42,200 bases of DNA from positions 1 to 42,200 of the forward strand of contig CALXEY010000003.1 of assembly GCA_944387455.1 (NCBI GenBank), given 5' to 3'. The DNA is from an uncultured Clostridia bacterium (lineage in GTDB: Bacteria; Bacillota; Clostridia; TANB77; CAG-508). A model generated the notes under the pieces. That model ran no database searches and had not been told where the DNA came from. It was given only the letters and a program-made list of their open reading frames with translations. This document shows, in pieces, positions 10,591-21,853 of this stretch (the stretch's first letter is position 1; every line of letters starts with the position of its first letter). The position numbers and the translations under genes are program-made.

Positions 10591-10941
10591 ATGGAATTTA
10601 TAATAAGAATAATATTTTGGACTTTAGCACTTTATGGTTTGTTTGAGATAATTAAAAATATAATATATATAAGTACATATACAAATTTTAAATCAGACGG
10701 AATATATGTAATAATAGCAGTTAAGAATCAGGAAGATAAGATAGAAGGCTTTATGAGGTCAGCATTATTTAAAATGTTGTATGGAAGAGATGATTACGTT
10801 AAAAATATAATAATAACAGACTTAAAATCAAAAGATTCAAGTAAAGAAATAATAAAAAAATTGTCAGAAGAATATGAGTGTTTAGAAGCGGTTAATTGGA
10901 AAGATTGTAAAGAAATAATGGATAATGTTGACGAAAGCTAG
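10591..10941 (+). CDS. Small membrane-anchored hypothetical protein (glycosyltransferase-like fragment)
   Basis: N-terminal TM; VIIAVKNQEDKIEG...IIITDLKSKD resembles a GT2 N-terminus. Confidence 0.6.
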   Translation: MEFIIRIIFWTLALYGLFEIIKNIIYISTYTNFKSDGIYVIIAVKNQEDKIEGFMRSALFKMLYGRDDYVKNIIITDLKSKDSSKEIIKKLSEEYECLEAVNWKDCKEIMDNVDES

Positions 10942-11005
10942 TTGCTTGAAAAAGTTATCTCTTTGTGATAAACTAAAAATGTTATAAAAAAACAAGGAGA
11001 AGGAA

Positions 11006-13271
11006 ATGGAAGTAATAGGAGAGATTACAACAATAATCTATCAAAATAAAATAAATAGTTATACAGTAGCAGAAATAGAAACAGACGAGGAAATATTAGT
11101 AATAGTTGGATATTTACCATTTGTAAATGTAGGAGATACTGTAAAATTAATTGGAAAATATGTAGAACATAAAGACTATGGAAGGCAATTTAAAGTAGAT
11201 ACATTTGAAAAAATAATGCCACAAACATTATCAGCATTAGAAAAATACTTAGCAAGTGGAAAAATAAAAGGAATAAGAAAAGCAACTGCAAAAAAAATAA
11301 TAAAAAAATTTGGAGAAGATACAATAAATGTATTTAAATTATATCCAGAAAAATTAGCAGAAATAAAAGGAATATCACTAGAAAAAGCAAAAGAAATGTC
11401 AGAAAGTTTTATAGAAAACTGGGAAGTATGGCAAATAGTAGGATTTTTAGAAAAATTTGGAATAGGAGCAGAGCACGCTCAAAAAGTATTTGAATTATAT
11501 GGAGTAACAGCAATAGATGAAATAGAAAATAACCCATATCTATTAATAGATATAGCAAGAGGAGTAGACTTTAAACAAGTAGATAAAATGGCATTAGACT
11601 TAGGAATAAGTTCTGATAATGAAAAAAGAGTAACATCTGGAATAAAATATGGACTAATTAGAGTAACAAATAATGGACACTCTTGCGTGCTAAAAGATAA
11701 TTTAATAGAATTTGTAGTAAATTTATTAAATGTAACCTCAGAAAATGTAGAAGATGGAATAATTGACTTAAAAGCAAAAGGAGATATTGTAGAGGAAAAA
11801 AGAGAAGATGGATATATATATGTATATTTAAGTAGTTTTTATAATACAGAAGAAGAGATAGCATATAAAATAAAAAGACTACTAAAAGCAAAAAATATAA
11901 AAGAAATAAAATCATTTGATAAAGAACTAAAAAAAGTAGAAAAAATATCTAATATAGAATTATCAGAAAAACAAAAACAAGCATTAAAATTAATAAATGA
12001 AAACAATGTAACAATAATAACAGGAGGACCAGGAACAGGAAAAACAACTATAATAAAAAATATAATAGATATATATGAGGAAAAAGGAAAAAAAGTTGTA
12101 TTAGCAGCACCAACAGGAAGAGCAGCAAAAAGGATGACAGAAACAACAGGAAAAGATGCATCAACATTACATAGATTATTAGAAATAGGAAAAATAGATG
12201 ATGATAGTTTTTATAAAAGTGTAAGTAAATATGAAGGAGCTCCAATAGATGCAGATGTAATAATAGTAGACGAAGTATCAATGATGGATATGTTTTTAAT
12301 GAATTATCTCCTAAAATGTGTATATCAAGGAACAAAATTAGTATTAGTAGGCGATATAGACCAATTACCATCAGTAGGACCAGGAAGTGTATTAAAAGAT
12401 TTAATAAATTCAGAAGAAATACCAACAATAAAATTGGACAAAATATTTAGACAAGCAGCAAAAAGTAAAATAATCGTAAATGCACATAGAGTAAATGAAG
12501 GAGAAAAATTCTTATCTAAAAGTGAAGAAGAAGAGGAAATGAAAGAAGACTTCTTTTTCATAAAAGAAACATCACAAGAAAAAATGTTATCACAAATAGT
12601 ATCATTATGTACAGGAAGGTTAGAAAAATATGGAAATTATGATTTTTTCCAAAATATACAAGTACTTACACCTACCAAAAAAGGAATGCTTGGAACAAAA
12701 GAATTAAACAAAGTATTACAAGAAAACTTAAACCCTAATCTAATAGGACTTCCAGAAAGAGCAAGTATGGGAGCAATATATAGAGCAGGAGATAGAGTAA
12801 TGCAAATAAAAAATAATTATGATATATATTGGGAAAGAGAAAAAAGAGAAGAAAATGAAAATATGGGCGGAATGGAGAAAAAAGGGGGAATAGAAGAAAA
12901 AGAAATAGGAAGCGGAGTATTTAATGGAGAAATAGGAACAATAAAAAAAGTAGATGAAAAAGAAAAAGTAGTAGAAATAAAATTTGATGATGACAAAATT
13001 GCATATTATGAATATTCAGAATTAGATCAAATAGAACACAGTTATGCAATAACAATACATAAAGCACAGCGGAAGTGAATTTGATGTAGTAATAATGGCA
13101 CTGCCAGCATCATCACCAATGCTACTAACAAGAAACCTATTATATACAGGAATAACAAGAGCAAAAAAATTACTAATAATAGTAGGAAGTGAAAAAGTAG
13201 TAGAATTTATGACACAAAACGTAGACAGCAAAAAAAGAAACACAGGCTTAGAATTCAAAATGAGACATTAG
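11006..13271 (+). CDS. recD2: ATP-dependent RecD2-like DNA helicase; +1 frameshift at CGG 13070-13072
   Basis: TGGPGTGKTT, APTGRAAKR, VDEVSM, GDIDQLPSVG; YAITIHKAQ then +1 frame GSEFDVVI...RNLLYTGITRAK to TAG 13269-13271. Confidence 0.92.
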
Positions 13272-13272
13272 A

Positions 13273-14273
13273 GGGACGGGGCATTTTTTTCTCATTTTGG
13301 AAATAAGTGTAAAAATAAGAAGAGCCCCGATTCCAAAATCAGAATTCAAATTTTTATTTGTATATATAATAAAATTGTTATTTAATTATAAAAATAAATT
13401 TTATTCAAAAATTTTATAATCATATTTTTTCGAGTAATTCAAGAAAAAATAAAATTTAATTATAAGGAGGAAAATATTATGCCAAGAAAAGGAAGATACT
13501 TATTAAATGGCAAATTATGCCATTATATTGTACAAGGGATAAATAAAGAATATATTTTCGAAGAGAAAGATGATAAAAACAAATATTTAAGTTTATTAAA
13601 AAATTATTATAAAAAATACAAAATAGATATTATTTGTTATTGCATTATGGACAATCATACACATTTAATTCTCTATTCTGATAATATAAATAATATTAGT
13701 GAATTTATGAGAATAGTTAATTCATTATATGCAATGTATTATAATAAAAAACGTAATAGAGTTGGTTATGTTTTTCGTGATAGATATAAATCTGTTTTAA
13801 TTTTAGATAGGAGTCAATTACTTAGATGTATAAAATATATACATATGAATCCCGTAAAAGCTAATATTGTAAAAAGAGAAAGTGAATATGAATATTCATC
13901 GTACAATGACTATATAAATAATTCAGGTTTTTTAAATCAAAGAATTTTGGACTTTTTATTTTTTAAATCACAAGATTACATCGAAAAGTTTAAAGAAATA
14001 CCATATCAAAATATTTATGATAAAAAAATATTTTTAAAAGAAAAACTAGAAGAATTTTTACTAGAAGAGAATAAGGAAATAACTAAAATTAAATATGATA
14101 AAAATATAATTCTAAAGTTTATGGAATATTTAAAAGTTAAAGGCTATAAATACACAATAATAGAATTGGCTGATGTGCTTGACATTAAGAGGTCAACTCT
14201 ATATAGAAAAATAGGAGGAATAAGAAAAATTAATGGAAAGTTTTAATAAAATGAGAAAAAAAAGCCCCGTCCC
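13273..14273 (+). mobile_element. RAYT-like HUH transposase locus bounded by 26-bp inverted repeats
   Basis: GGGACGGGGCATTTTTTTCTCATTTT (13273-13298) and its inverse at 14248-14273, 25/26 identical; degenerate inner copy at about 13311-13334. Confidence 0.75.
13479..14246 (+). CDS. REP-associated tyrosine transposase (Y1/HUH) with C-terminal HTH
   Basis: MPRKGR...HYIVQGINKEYIF, YCIMDNHTHL (HUH), YIHMNPVKA, YSSY; ELADVLDIKRSTLYR. Confidence 0.88.
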   Translation: MPRKGRYLLNGKLCHYIVQGINKEYIFEEKDDKNKYLSLLKNYYKKYKIDIICYCIMDNHTHLILYSDNINNISEFMRIVNSLYAMYYNKKRNRVGYVFRDRYKSVLILDRSQLLRCIKYIHMNPVKANIVKRESEYEYSSYNDYINNSGFLNQRILDFLFFKSQDYIEKFKEIPYQNIYDKKIFLKEKLEEFLLEENKEITKIKYDKNIILKFMEYLKVKGYKYTIIELADVLDIKRSTLYRKIGGIRKINGKF

Positions 14274-15117
14274 CAAAATTCTCAATTTAATTTATCCACC
14301 TGTGTGTGGTTTTTGTGGAAAACTTAATCAAAATTTTCTATGCCCTAAGTGTAGAAAACTCTTAGAAAAAGAGGCTATTTTTGGTGTGGATAATTATATA
14401 AAAATTAACGAATCAAAAATGAAATTTAAAGAGCAAAATTATATATTAGAAACACTCCAAAATAAAAATGAAAATTTAAATATAATAAATAACCAAAACA
14501 AAACAGAAAATCAAATAAATAATAATTTAAACAACAAAAAAGAAAATAGAAAGAAAAATACAAAGAAAAATGAAATTGCAGTACAAGAATATATAGCAAA
14601 ATATTTTGATGAACATTTATATATTTTTTTATATAAGGGAATAATAAGAAGAATGATTTTAGATTATAAATTTAATGAAGAAGCTTATTTGTATAAAACA
14701 TTTGTGAATTTTTTGTTAAAAAATAAAAATTTCTTTGAAAAATTAGAAAAGTATGATACAATTATTCCAGTTCCAATTAGTAATAAAAGATTGAAATCAA
14801 GAGGGTATAACCAAAGCTTATTATTAGCAAGGGAAATATCAAGAAATACAAGTTTTAATTTAAAATTACAAACAGATTGCCTTATTAAGGTAAAAGACAT
14901 TATAGAACAAAGTAAATTAAACAAAGAAGAAAGAGCAAAAAACATACAAGGTGTATATGAGCTTTTTAATGGAAAAAAATTATATAATAAAAAAATATTG
15001 TTAGTAGATGATATATTTACAACAGGAAGTACTGTAAATGAGTGTAGCAAAGTATTAAGAAAGGCTAACCCAAAAACAATAGGAATTTTTACAATTGCTA
15101 AAGATGAACTAGAATAA
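14233..15117 (+). CDS. comF: ComF-family protein (Zn ribbon plus PRTase) with Asn/Lys-rich insertion
   Basis: IYPPVCGFC...CPKC, IPVPIS...RGYNQS, LLVDDIFTTGSTVNECSKVL; start may be 14233 or 14251. Confidence 0.88.
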   Translation: MESFNKMRKKSPVPKILNLIYPPVCGFCGKLNQNFLCPKCRKLLEKEAIFGVDNYIKINESKMKFKEQNYILETLQNKNENLNIINNQNKTENQINNNLNNKKENRKKNTKKNEIAVQEYIAKYFDEHLYIFLYKGIIRRMILDYKFNEEAYLYKTFVNFLLKNKNFFEKLEKYDTIIPVPISNKRLKSRGYNQSLLLAREISRNTSFNLKLQTDCLIKVKDIIEQSKLNKEERAKNIQGVYELFNGKKLYNKKILLVDDIFTTGSTVNECSKVLRKANPKTIGIFTIAKDELE

Positions 15118-15154
15118 GAAATAGAGCATAAAAAATTACAAAGGAGGACTTTTT

Positions 15155-17144
15155 GTGGAAGATTTAGTTGAAAGTATTTTAGATTATATAAGGTCTGATT
15201 ATACAGATTATGCAATTATGATAAATGGTGAGTGGGGTTCACGGAAAGACACATTTTTGGAATAATAAAATTAGAAAAAAAATAGAGTCTATGCAATTAA
15301 ATGGTAAGAGATATACAACTATTTATATGTCTTTATATGGAATTTCTAATTTAGAAGAAATTAGTAAAAAAATATTTATTGAAACAACACAACTTATGGA
15401 TAAAAACCTAAGAAAGTTTATGGATGCAAATGGTCAAACTACAATACCAGAATATGCAAAAACTGGTATTGATATGGCAAATTTCTTTGGTGTTACACAA
15501 AATGGAGACAAAGTAGATTATGGTGAATTTTTCTCAACAGATGATAAAGTTCTTTGTTTTGATGACCTAGAAAGAGCAAATGTTGATGTTATTGATATTT
15601 TAGGTTATATAAATAATTTTGTAGAACATGACCATATAAAAACAATAATAATTTGTAATGAAAAAGAATTATCTACAAAATTAAAAAGTTCTAATTTAGA
15701 AATGAAAACTTTTATTGCAACATATTTGCTAGATAAACAAGATGAGTTAAATAATATAGACAAGCCTTTAGTTGAAAAGATTCAAGAAAAGATAGAGCAC
15801 GTATTTGATAAAGCAAATGATTATGAAAGAATAAAAGAAAAGTTAATAGGAGAAACTTTTGAATATGCTCCAAAATTTGATTATATAATAAACGGTATTT
15901 TAATGAGATATGAAAATAACCCAGATTTAATACGTTTTTTAAGAGAAAATACAGGTTTAATAATATCTACATTTAACAAATCAGGAACTAGGAACTTAAG
16001 AATATTAAAACACGCATTAAATGACTTTAGTAAGATATATGAAATGGTAAATAAATCATATCCAAATACAAACCACAGAGTTATGCAAACAATGCTGATT
16101 TTTACAATTGCGATATCTTTTGAAATAAAAGCAGGAAAAGTAACTAAAGACAAATTTATAAATATCAAAGATAATGAAGAATACAAATCAATACTTGTAT
16201 CTTCTAGAATTTTAATGGATAATAGACAGTTCTATATTAAAGAATTTGATAATAATTATTATTATAATTTTAAATCAGAATACCGTTTCTTTAAATTTAT
16301 AGAATATTATGTGCGTACACGTATATTTGATATGAAATTATTTAAAGATAATATGGAAACAATACGTAATACTGTAGATATAGATAATTTACCAGCATAT
16401 AAGAGGTTACTTACAGAAGAATATTGGAAAATTTCAGATGACCAATTTGATGGAGTAGTAAATGAAATCGTTGTAGATGTAAGTTCAGGAAAATTATCAT
16501 TAATTGATACTGTAAAAATATTTGCATATTTTAGTTATTTTTCTAGAAAGGGATTAATTGATTATGATTTAAAAGCATTAAAAAATATATTTTTTAATGG
16601 AATGAATGTTGCATCTCTTAATTCTAAATATTGTGAAAATGTAGATGAAGAATTAGGAAAGATTGCAATTGAAGAAGTTGCAGAAGATATGGAAGATATA
16701 TTAAAACATTTTAATATGTTAAATGACCAATTACACGACAAGATGTTTAAAGAAAAAGCAGAAGAAATAATGAAATGTATTCCTATGAAAATGGAACAGT
16801 TTTATGAAAAGTTTGATAAAGAGTGTATGGACGTTCCAATTTTTAAATATTATGACCCATTTCAATTATTCCAAAGAATATCTTGTGCAAGTAATGAAGA
16901 TATAGTTTTAATAAAAGAAAAATTACTAGATAGAGTAGAAAAGAGTCCTAAAAAATTAGAACCAGAAATGAAAAATATAAAACAATTAAAACAAGTAATT
17001 GATGATTATTTAAAAGGAAAAGACCCTTCTATAAAAATTGTAATGTTAAAAGAATTCTCTGACAGTTTAGGCTTTATTTTGGGAAAATATAAACCAAGTT
17101 TTTTGCCTAAAAAAGAGGAAAAAGATAATATAGAGGAAAATTAA
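15155..17144 (+). CDS. KAP-family P-loop NTPase; +1 frameshift at CGG 15242-15244 inside Walker A
   Basis: AAGGAGG SD then GTG 15155; MEDLVESILDYI...AIMINGEWGS then +1 GKTHFW; Walker B VLCFDDLER; NLRIL. Confidence 0.82.
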
Positions 17145-17163
17145 AATAAAGGATAGTAGAAAT

Positions 17164-19138
17164 ATGGAAGAAAAAATAAATAATTATGATAAAAGAAAAT
17201 ATCTTAAATTATTAAGTAAAGAATATAAAAATATATATGAAGTAGCAGAAGAAATAATAAATTTACAAGCAATTTTAAATTTGCCAAAAGGAACAGAGAT
17301 GTTTTTAAGTGATATACACGGAGAATATGCTCCATTTGAGCATATTCTTAATAATGGTGGAGGAATCATAAAAAGTAAAATAAATGAGATTTTTGGGAAC
17401 ACAATAAGTAAAAAAGAAAGAACAACTTTAGCAACACTTATTTATTATCCAGAAGAAAAGCTAAAATTAATAAAAGAAGAAGAGGATGATATAGAAGAGT
17501 GGTATAATATAACTTTATACCGTTTGATAGAAGTTGCAAAAGAAGTTAGCTCAAAATACACAAGGTCAAAAGTAAGGAAAGCAATTACAAATGGTTTTGA
17601 ATACGTAATAGATGAACTTTTAAATTCACAAGCAGGAAACGAAAAAGATAAAGAAAGATATTATAAAGCAATTATAAATACAATAATTAGATTAAACCAA
17701 GCAGAAAGTTTTATAATAGCAATTTCTAATTTGATAAAAAGGATGGCAATTGACCATTTACACATAATAGGAGATATTTTTGATAGAGGTTTAAGACCTG
17801 ATTTAGTAATTGAAAAATTAGAAAAATTTCATAGTGTTGATATACAATGGGGAAATCATGATATATTATGGATGGGAGCAGCTAGTGGAAACGAAGCTTG
17901 TATTGCAACAGTGGTTAGAATTTGTGCAAGATACAATAATATTGGAATATTAGAAGATAGTTATGGGATAAATATACGTCCATTATCTACATTTGCTATG
18001 GAAACATATAAAAATGATAGTTGTAAAAATTTTTATCCAAAAGTATTTGATGAAACAAAATATGATGAAAGTGATAAAATGAACATATCAAAAATTCATA
18101 AAGCTATAACAATTATACAATTTAAAATAGAAGGGCAGATGATAAAAAAACATCCAGAATATGATTTGGATAATAGGCTTCTATTGGATAAAATTAATTT
18201 AAAAAGAGGATATGTTGAAATAGAAGGAAGAAAATATGAAATAAATGATACAAATTTTCCGACATTAATTAAAGATGATATATATAGACTAACAGACGAA
18301 GAACAAGAAGTATTAGAAAGACTTTGTGATTCTTTTAAAAATAGTCCAAAATTAAATGAACATATAGACTTTCTATATAAAAAAGGAGAATTATATACAA
18401 TATTTAATTCTAATCTTTTATTCCACGCGTGTATTCCTATGACAGAAAATGGGGAATTTAAGGAAGTAGAGTTTTTAGGAAAAAGGTTAAAAGGAAAAGA
18501 ATATTTAGATGAAATAAATGATGTTGTAAATAAAATCTGGATAAATAAAGAAACAATAGATAGTAATTTAAGAGATATTATGTGGTATTTATGGATATCT
18601 CCAGATTCACCATTTTTTGGTAAAGATAAAATGGCAACATTTGAGAGTTATTTTGTAAAAGATAAAGAAATGAGTAAAGAGGAGAAGAACCCATATTACA
18701 CTTTAACATATGATGAGAATATTTGTGATAAGATTTTGAAAGAATTTAATTTAGATTTAAAAGAATCACATATTGTAAATGGACATATGCCTGTAAAAGC
18801 AAAAGATGGAGAAAGCCCTATTAGAGGAAATGGAAAACTTTTAGTAATTGACCGGTGGTTTTGCAAAAAGCTATCAGAAAAAGACAGGTAATGCGGGATA
18901 TATACTTACTTATAATTCTTATGGTTTGTTACTTAGCCAAAATAAACCATTTGAGTCTGTAGAAAAAGCGATTGAGGAAGAAAAAGATATTATTTCAGAA
19001 ATTATAGTAAAGAAAACAGGAGTAGAAAGAAAAAGAGTAGGAGATACTGATATTGGTAAAATATTGAAAGGTGAAATTGCAGATTTAGAAGAACTTCTTA
19101 AATTCTATGAATCTGGTGAATTAAAACAAATAAGATAA
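17164..19138 (+). CDS. fbp: Fructose-1,6-bisphosphatase class 3; +1 frameshift at CGG 18853-18855
   Basis: NLPKGTEMFLSDIHGEY, GDIFDRG, WGNHD, NGHMPVK; LLVID then +1 GGFAKSYQKKTGNAGY. Confidence 0.93.
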
Positions 19139-19165
19139 AAGACCTAAGGGCTTAGGTCTTTTTTT
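19137..19165 (+). terminator. Intrinsic terminator after fbp
   Basis: AAAAGACCTAAG-GG-CTTAGGTCTTTTTTT. Confidence 0.75.
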
Positions 19166-19288
19166 ATGGATTATATCATTATTTTTTATTTATTTGATTA
19201 AAAATTTTTACAACAAAATGAATAAATTTTTCCTTTTTTGTAATAATAAGAGTATAAATAAAAAAGCTTAAAATTAAGGAGGAATATT

Positions 19289-19844
19289 ATGAAAGCAACT
19301 GGAGTTGTAAGAAGAATAGATGATTTAGGAAGAGTTGTTATTCCGAAAGAAATAAGAAAGACACTTCGAATCAAAGAACGGTGAACCTCTAGAGATCTTT
19401 ACCGACAGAGAAGGGCAAATTATTTTAAAAAAATATTCTCCAATAGGAGAATTGTCAGAATTTGCAGCAGGGTATGCAGAAACATTATCAAAAACAACAG
19501 GACATATTGCTTGTATAACAGATAAAGATACAGTAATTGCAGTATCTGGCGGTTCAAAAAAAGAGTTTCTAGAACAAGATGTGAGTTCAGAATTAGAACA
19601 ATTAATGGAAGATAAAGAAATATATAATAGTAAAGATAATAGTGATATAGCAATGCCAATTACAAGAAATGGAAATCAAGATAGAAAAAACAATGCACAA
19701 ATTGTATATCCAATAATATCTAATGGTGATACAATAGGAACAGTAATTTTAATGTCTAAAGAAGCAAATAAAAAGATGAACGAAGTAGAACAAAAAGTAG
19801 TACAATCTGCAGCTACATTTTTAGGAACACAAATGGATATATAA
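19289..19844 (+). CDS. spoVT: Stage V sporulation protein T; +1 frameshift at CGG 19379-19381
   Basis: AAGGAGG SD; MKATGVVRRIDDLGRVVIPKEIRKTLRIKE then +1 GEPLEIFTDREGQIILKKYSPIGEL and GAF domain. Confidence 0.93.
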
Positions 19845-19877
19845 AAAAATAAAACAAGTTATAATTTTATAAAAAAT

Positions 19878-20093
19878 TTAGCTTGTTTTTTTCTTATTAT
19901 CTGACAAACCTACTATATAATCTATTGAAGTTCCATAATATTTTGCTAAAGTGATTAAATGAGATATAGGTATTGTTCTGTTACCTTTTTCGTATTCTGA
20001 GTAGTACTGTTGAGATATGCCAAGTACTTCTGCTACTTGCTTTTGAAACAAATCGTGGTCTTCCCTTAAATCTTTCAATCTTTTAAATTTCAC
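19878..20093 (-). CDS. XRE-family HTH transcriptional regulator
   Basis: RLKDLREDHDLFQKQVAEVLGISQQYYSEYEKG...SIDYIVGLSD. Confidence 0.9.
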   Translation of the reverse strand: MKFKRLKDLREDHDLFQKQVAEVLGISQQYYSEYEKGNRTIPISHLITLAKYYGTSIDYIVGLSDNKKKTS

Positions 20094-20342
20094 TGTAACC
20101 TTCCTGTAAACTTTGTAAAATTTAATATAATTTTAACAAAAAAATTTATAAAAAGCGGTATATACATAATAAATTGTGTAAATATTACAAAGGTATTACG
20201 AAATTATTACATTTTTAAAAAATATTAAAATTTTATTGATGTAATTAAAAAAATAATATATAATACAAATACATACATAATATATGATGCATAATGAAAT
20301 TAATATATTAAATACTAAAACAAATGAAAAGAGGAAAAGTAG

Positions 20343-20475
20343 ATGACTAGAACAGCTGAAAGCCTTATGGCTGTATATATATAAGTAAGTTATTAGAAAA
20401 TAAAAATATAACAAAAATAATAAAGAAGATAGTAATAAGAGCCTATAATTTAGGTTTTTTATTGCTATCTTTTTG
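20343..20475 (+). promoter_or_regulatory. Putative leader: short ORF MTRTAESLMAVYI* (20343-20384) with (TA)n tract, followed by a long hairpin (20426-20475)
   Basis: Shares GAAAGYCTTRTGGCTGTA(YA)n with 32202-32245; hairpin AAGATAGTAATAAGAGCCTA/TAGGTTTTTTATTGCTATCTT plus Ts. Confidence 0.5.
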
Positions 20476-20534
20476 TGTTTTAAAATAAAAGAAAATAAAA
20501 GAAAGAGAATAAAAATAGAGAGGAAGAAAAAGAG

Positions 20535-21723
20535 ATGAAAGAAACTAAAATGAAAGAAAAGAAAATTAAAAGCAAAGAAGAAAAACTAAACAAGAAATTA
20601 AAAAGTAAAAAAGGAATCACTCTCATTGCTTTAATTGTTACAATCATAGTCTTGCTAATCCTTGCAGGTGTTTCGATTGCTATGCTAACAGGTAACAACC
20701 GGAATATTAACACAAGCACAAAGAGCTAAAGCAGAAACAGAAAACGCAGCTACAAATGAAGCTGGAATATTAGATGATTATGAAGAAAAAATAAATGAAG
20801 CTTTGGGAGTAAAGGAACAAGCAGAGCCTGGAAAATATTATGAAGAAGATACAGAAGTAGAATTGGGAGGGAAAGAATTAACAATCCCAGGTGGAGCATC
20901 AATATCAAAAATACCAGGAGAGTATGAAAATATAGATAATGGTTTAGTAATATATATAACAAATAAACAAATAACAGATGAAGAGTGGCAAGATACAGAA
21001 AAAATGCAAACAACATATGACCAATTTGTATGGATACCTGTAACAAGTTCAGAACAATACAAAAGAAATAATGAATATAATATAAGTAACAATTGGACTT
21101 TTAATATAGCAAATGTTTATACTGGAAATGACTATTTACCTGATGAAATACAACCTGATATACCAGAAAGTTTAACAGATGTTAAAGAAATAGGAGTATT
21201 AAACGAGGAAGCGGAAAGAACGACGGTTGTAAATGCAGGAGGTTTTTATATTTCTAGATATGAGATGGCAAAAGATGAAAATAAAAATTTAGTTAGCAAG
21301 AAAGGAACTGTTGCAGAATTATCAGAAAGTATAACAACTTTAAAAAGTATTTCAAAGAATTTTAATGCTAGTAGCCCTAATTTAAAAAGTGCACTATGTT
21401 CAGGAATACAATGGGACGTGGTTATGGATTTAGTTAAAGAGAAAACAGGATTTGATGTAAATGTAGTACACGATGAATTTTATACAAATGGAAAACAACC
21501 AGCAGGAACAAATCCAGAAAATAAATTTTTTAATATATATGATTTAGAAGGAAATTGTCTAGAATATACTTCAGAAGAAGAAGCTATTCTTACGAATTCT
21601 CCTGATTATATTATAAGAGGAGGTTGCAAATTAGATCCTTATCCTGCGAGTGCGAGATTAACTGGGACAGAATTTATGAGTAGAAATACTGATTCTTTTA
21701 GATTAGTTCTTTATATAATATAA
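20535..21723 (+). CDS. Type IV pilin-like N-terminus fused to an FGE-sulfatase/C-type-lectin-like domain; +1 frameshift at CGG 20700-20702
   Basis: KKGITLIALIVTIIVLLILAGVSIAMLTGNN then +1 GILTQAQRAK; QFVWIPV, GGFYISRYE, NIYDLEGNCLEYT, IIRGG, SFRLVLY. Confidence 0.8.
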
Positions 21724-21801
21724 ACTTAAGATTTCTTATTGATAATTGGGATTTATATTAATTTAATAATATAGAAAATTGTTATCTAATTATAAATCTA
21801 T

Positions 21802-21827
21802 AAATGAGACAAAAAAAGCCCCGTCCC
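21802..21827 (-). repeat. Solo copy of the RAYT-flanking repeat
   Basis: AAATGAGACAAAAAAAGCCCCGTCCC closely matches 14248-14273. Confidence 0.7.
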
Positions 21828-21853
21828 TAATTTGTCGCAAAAAATAGATGAGA

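Noticed and set aside
21500..21850. Diversity-generating retroelement at the CLec-like gene
   Set aside because: No reverse transcriptase or template repeat is visible in the window
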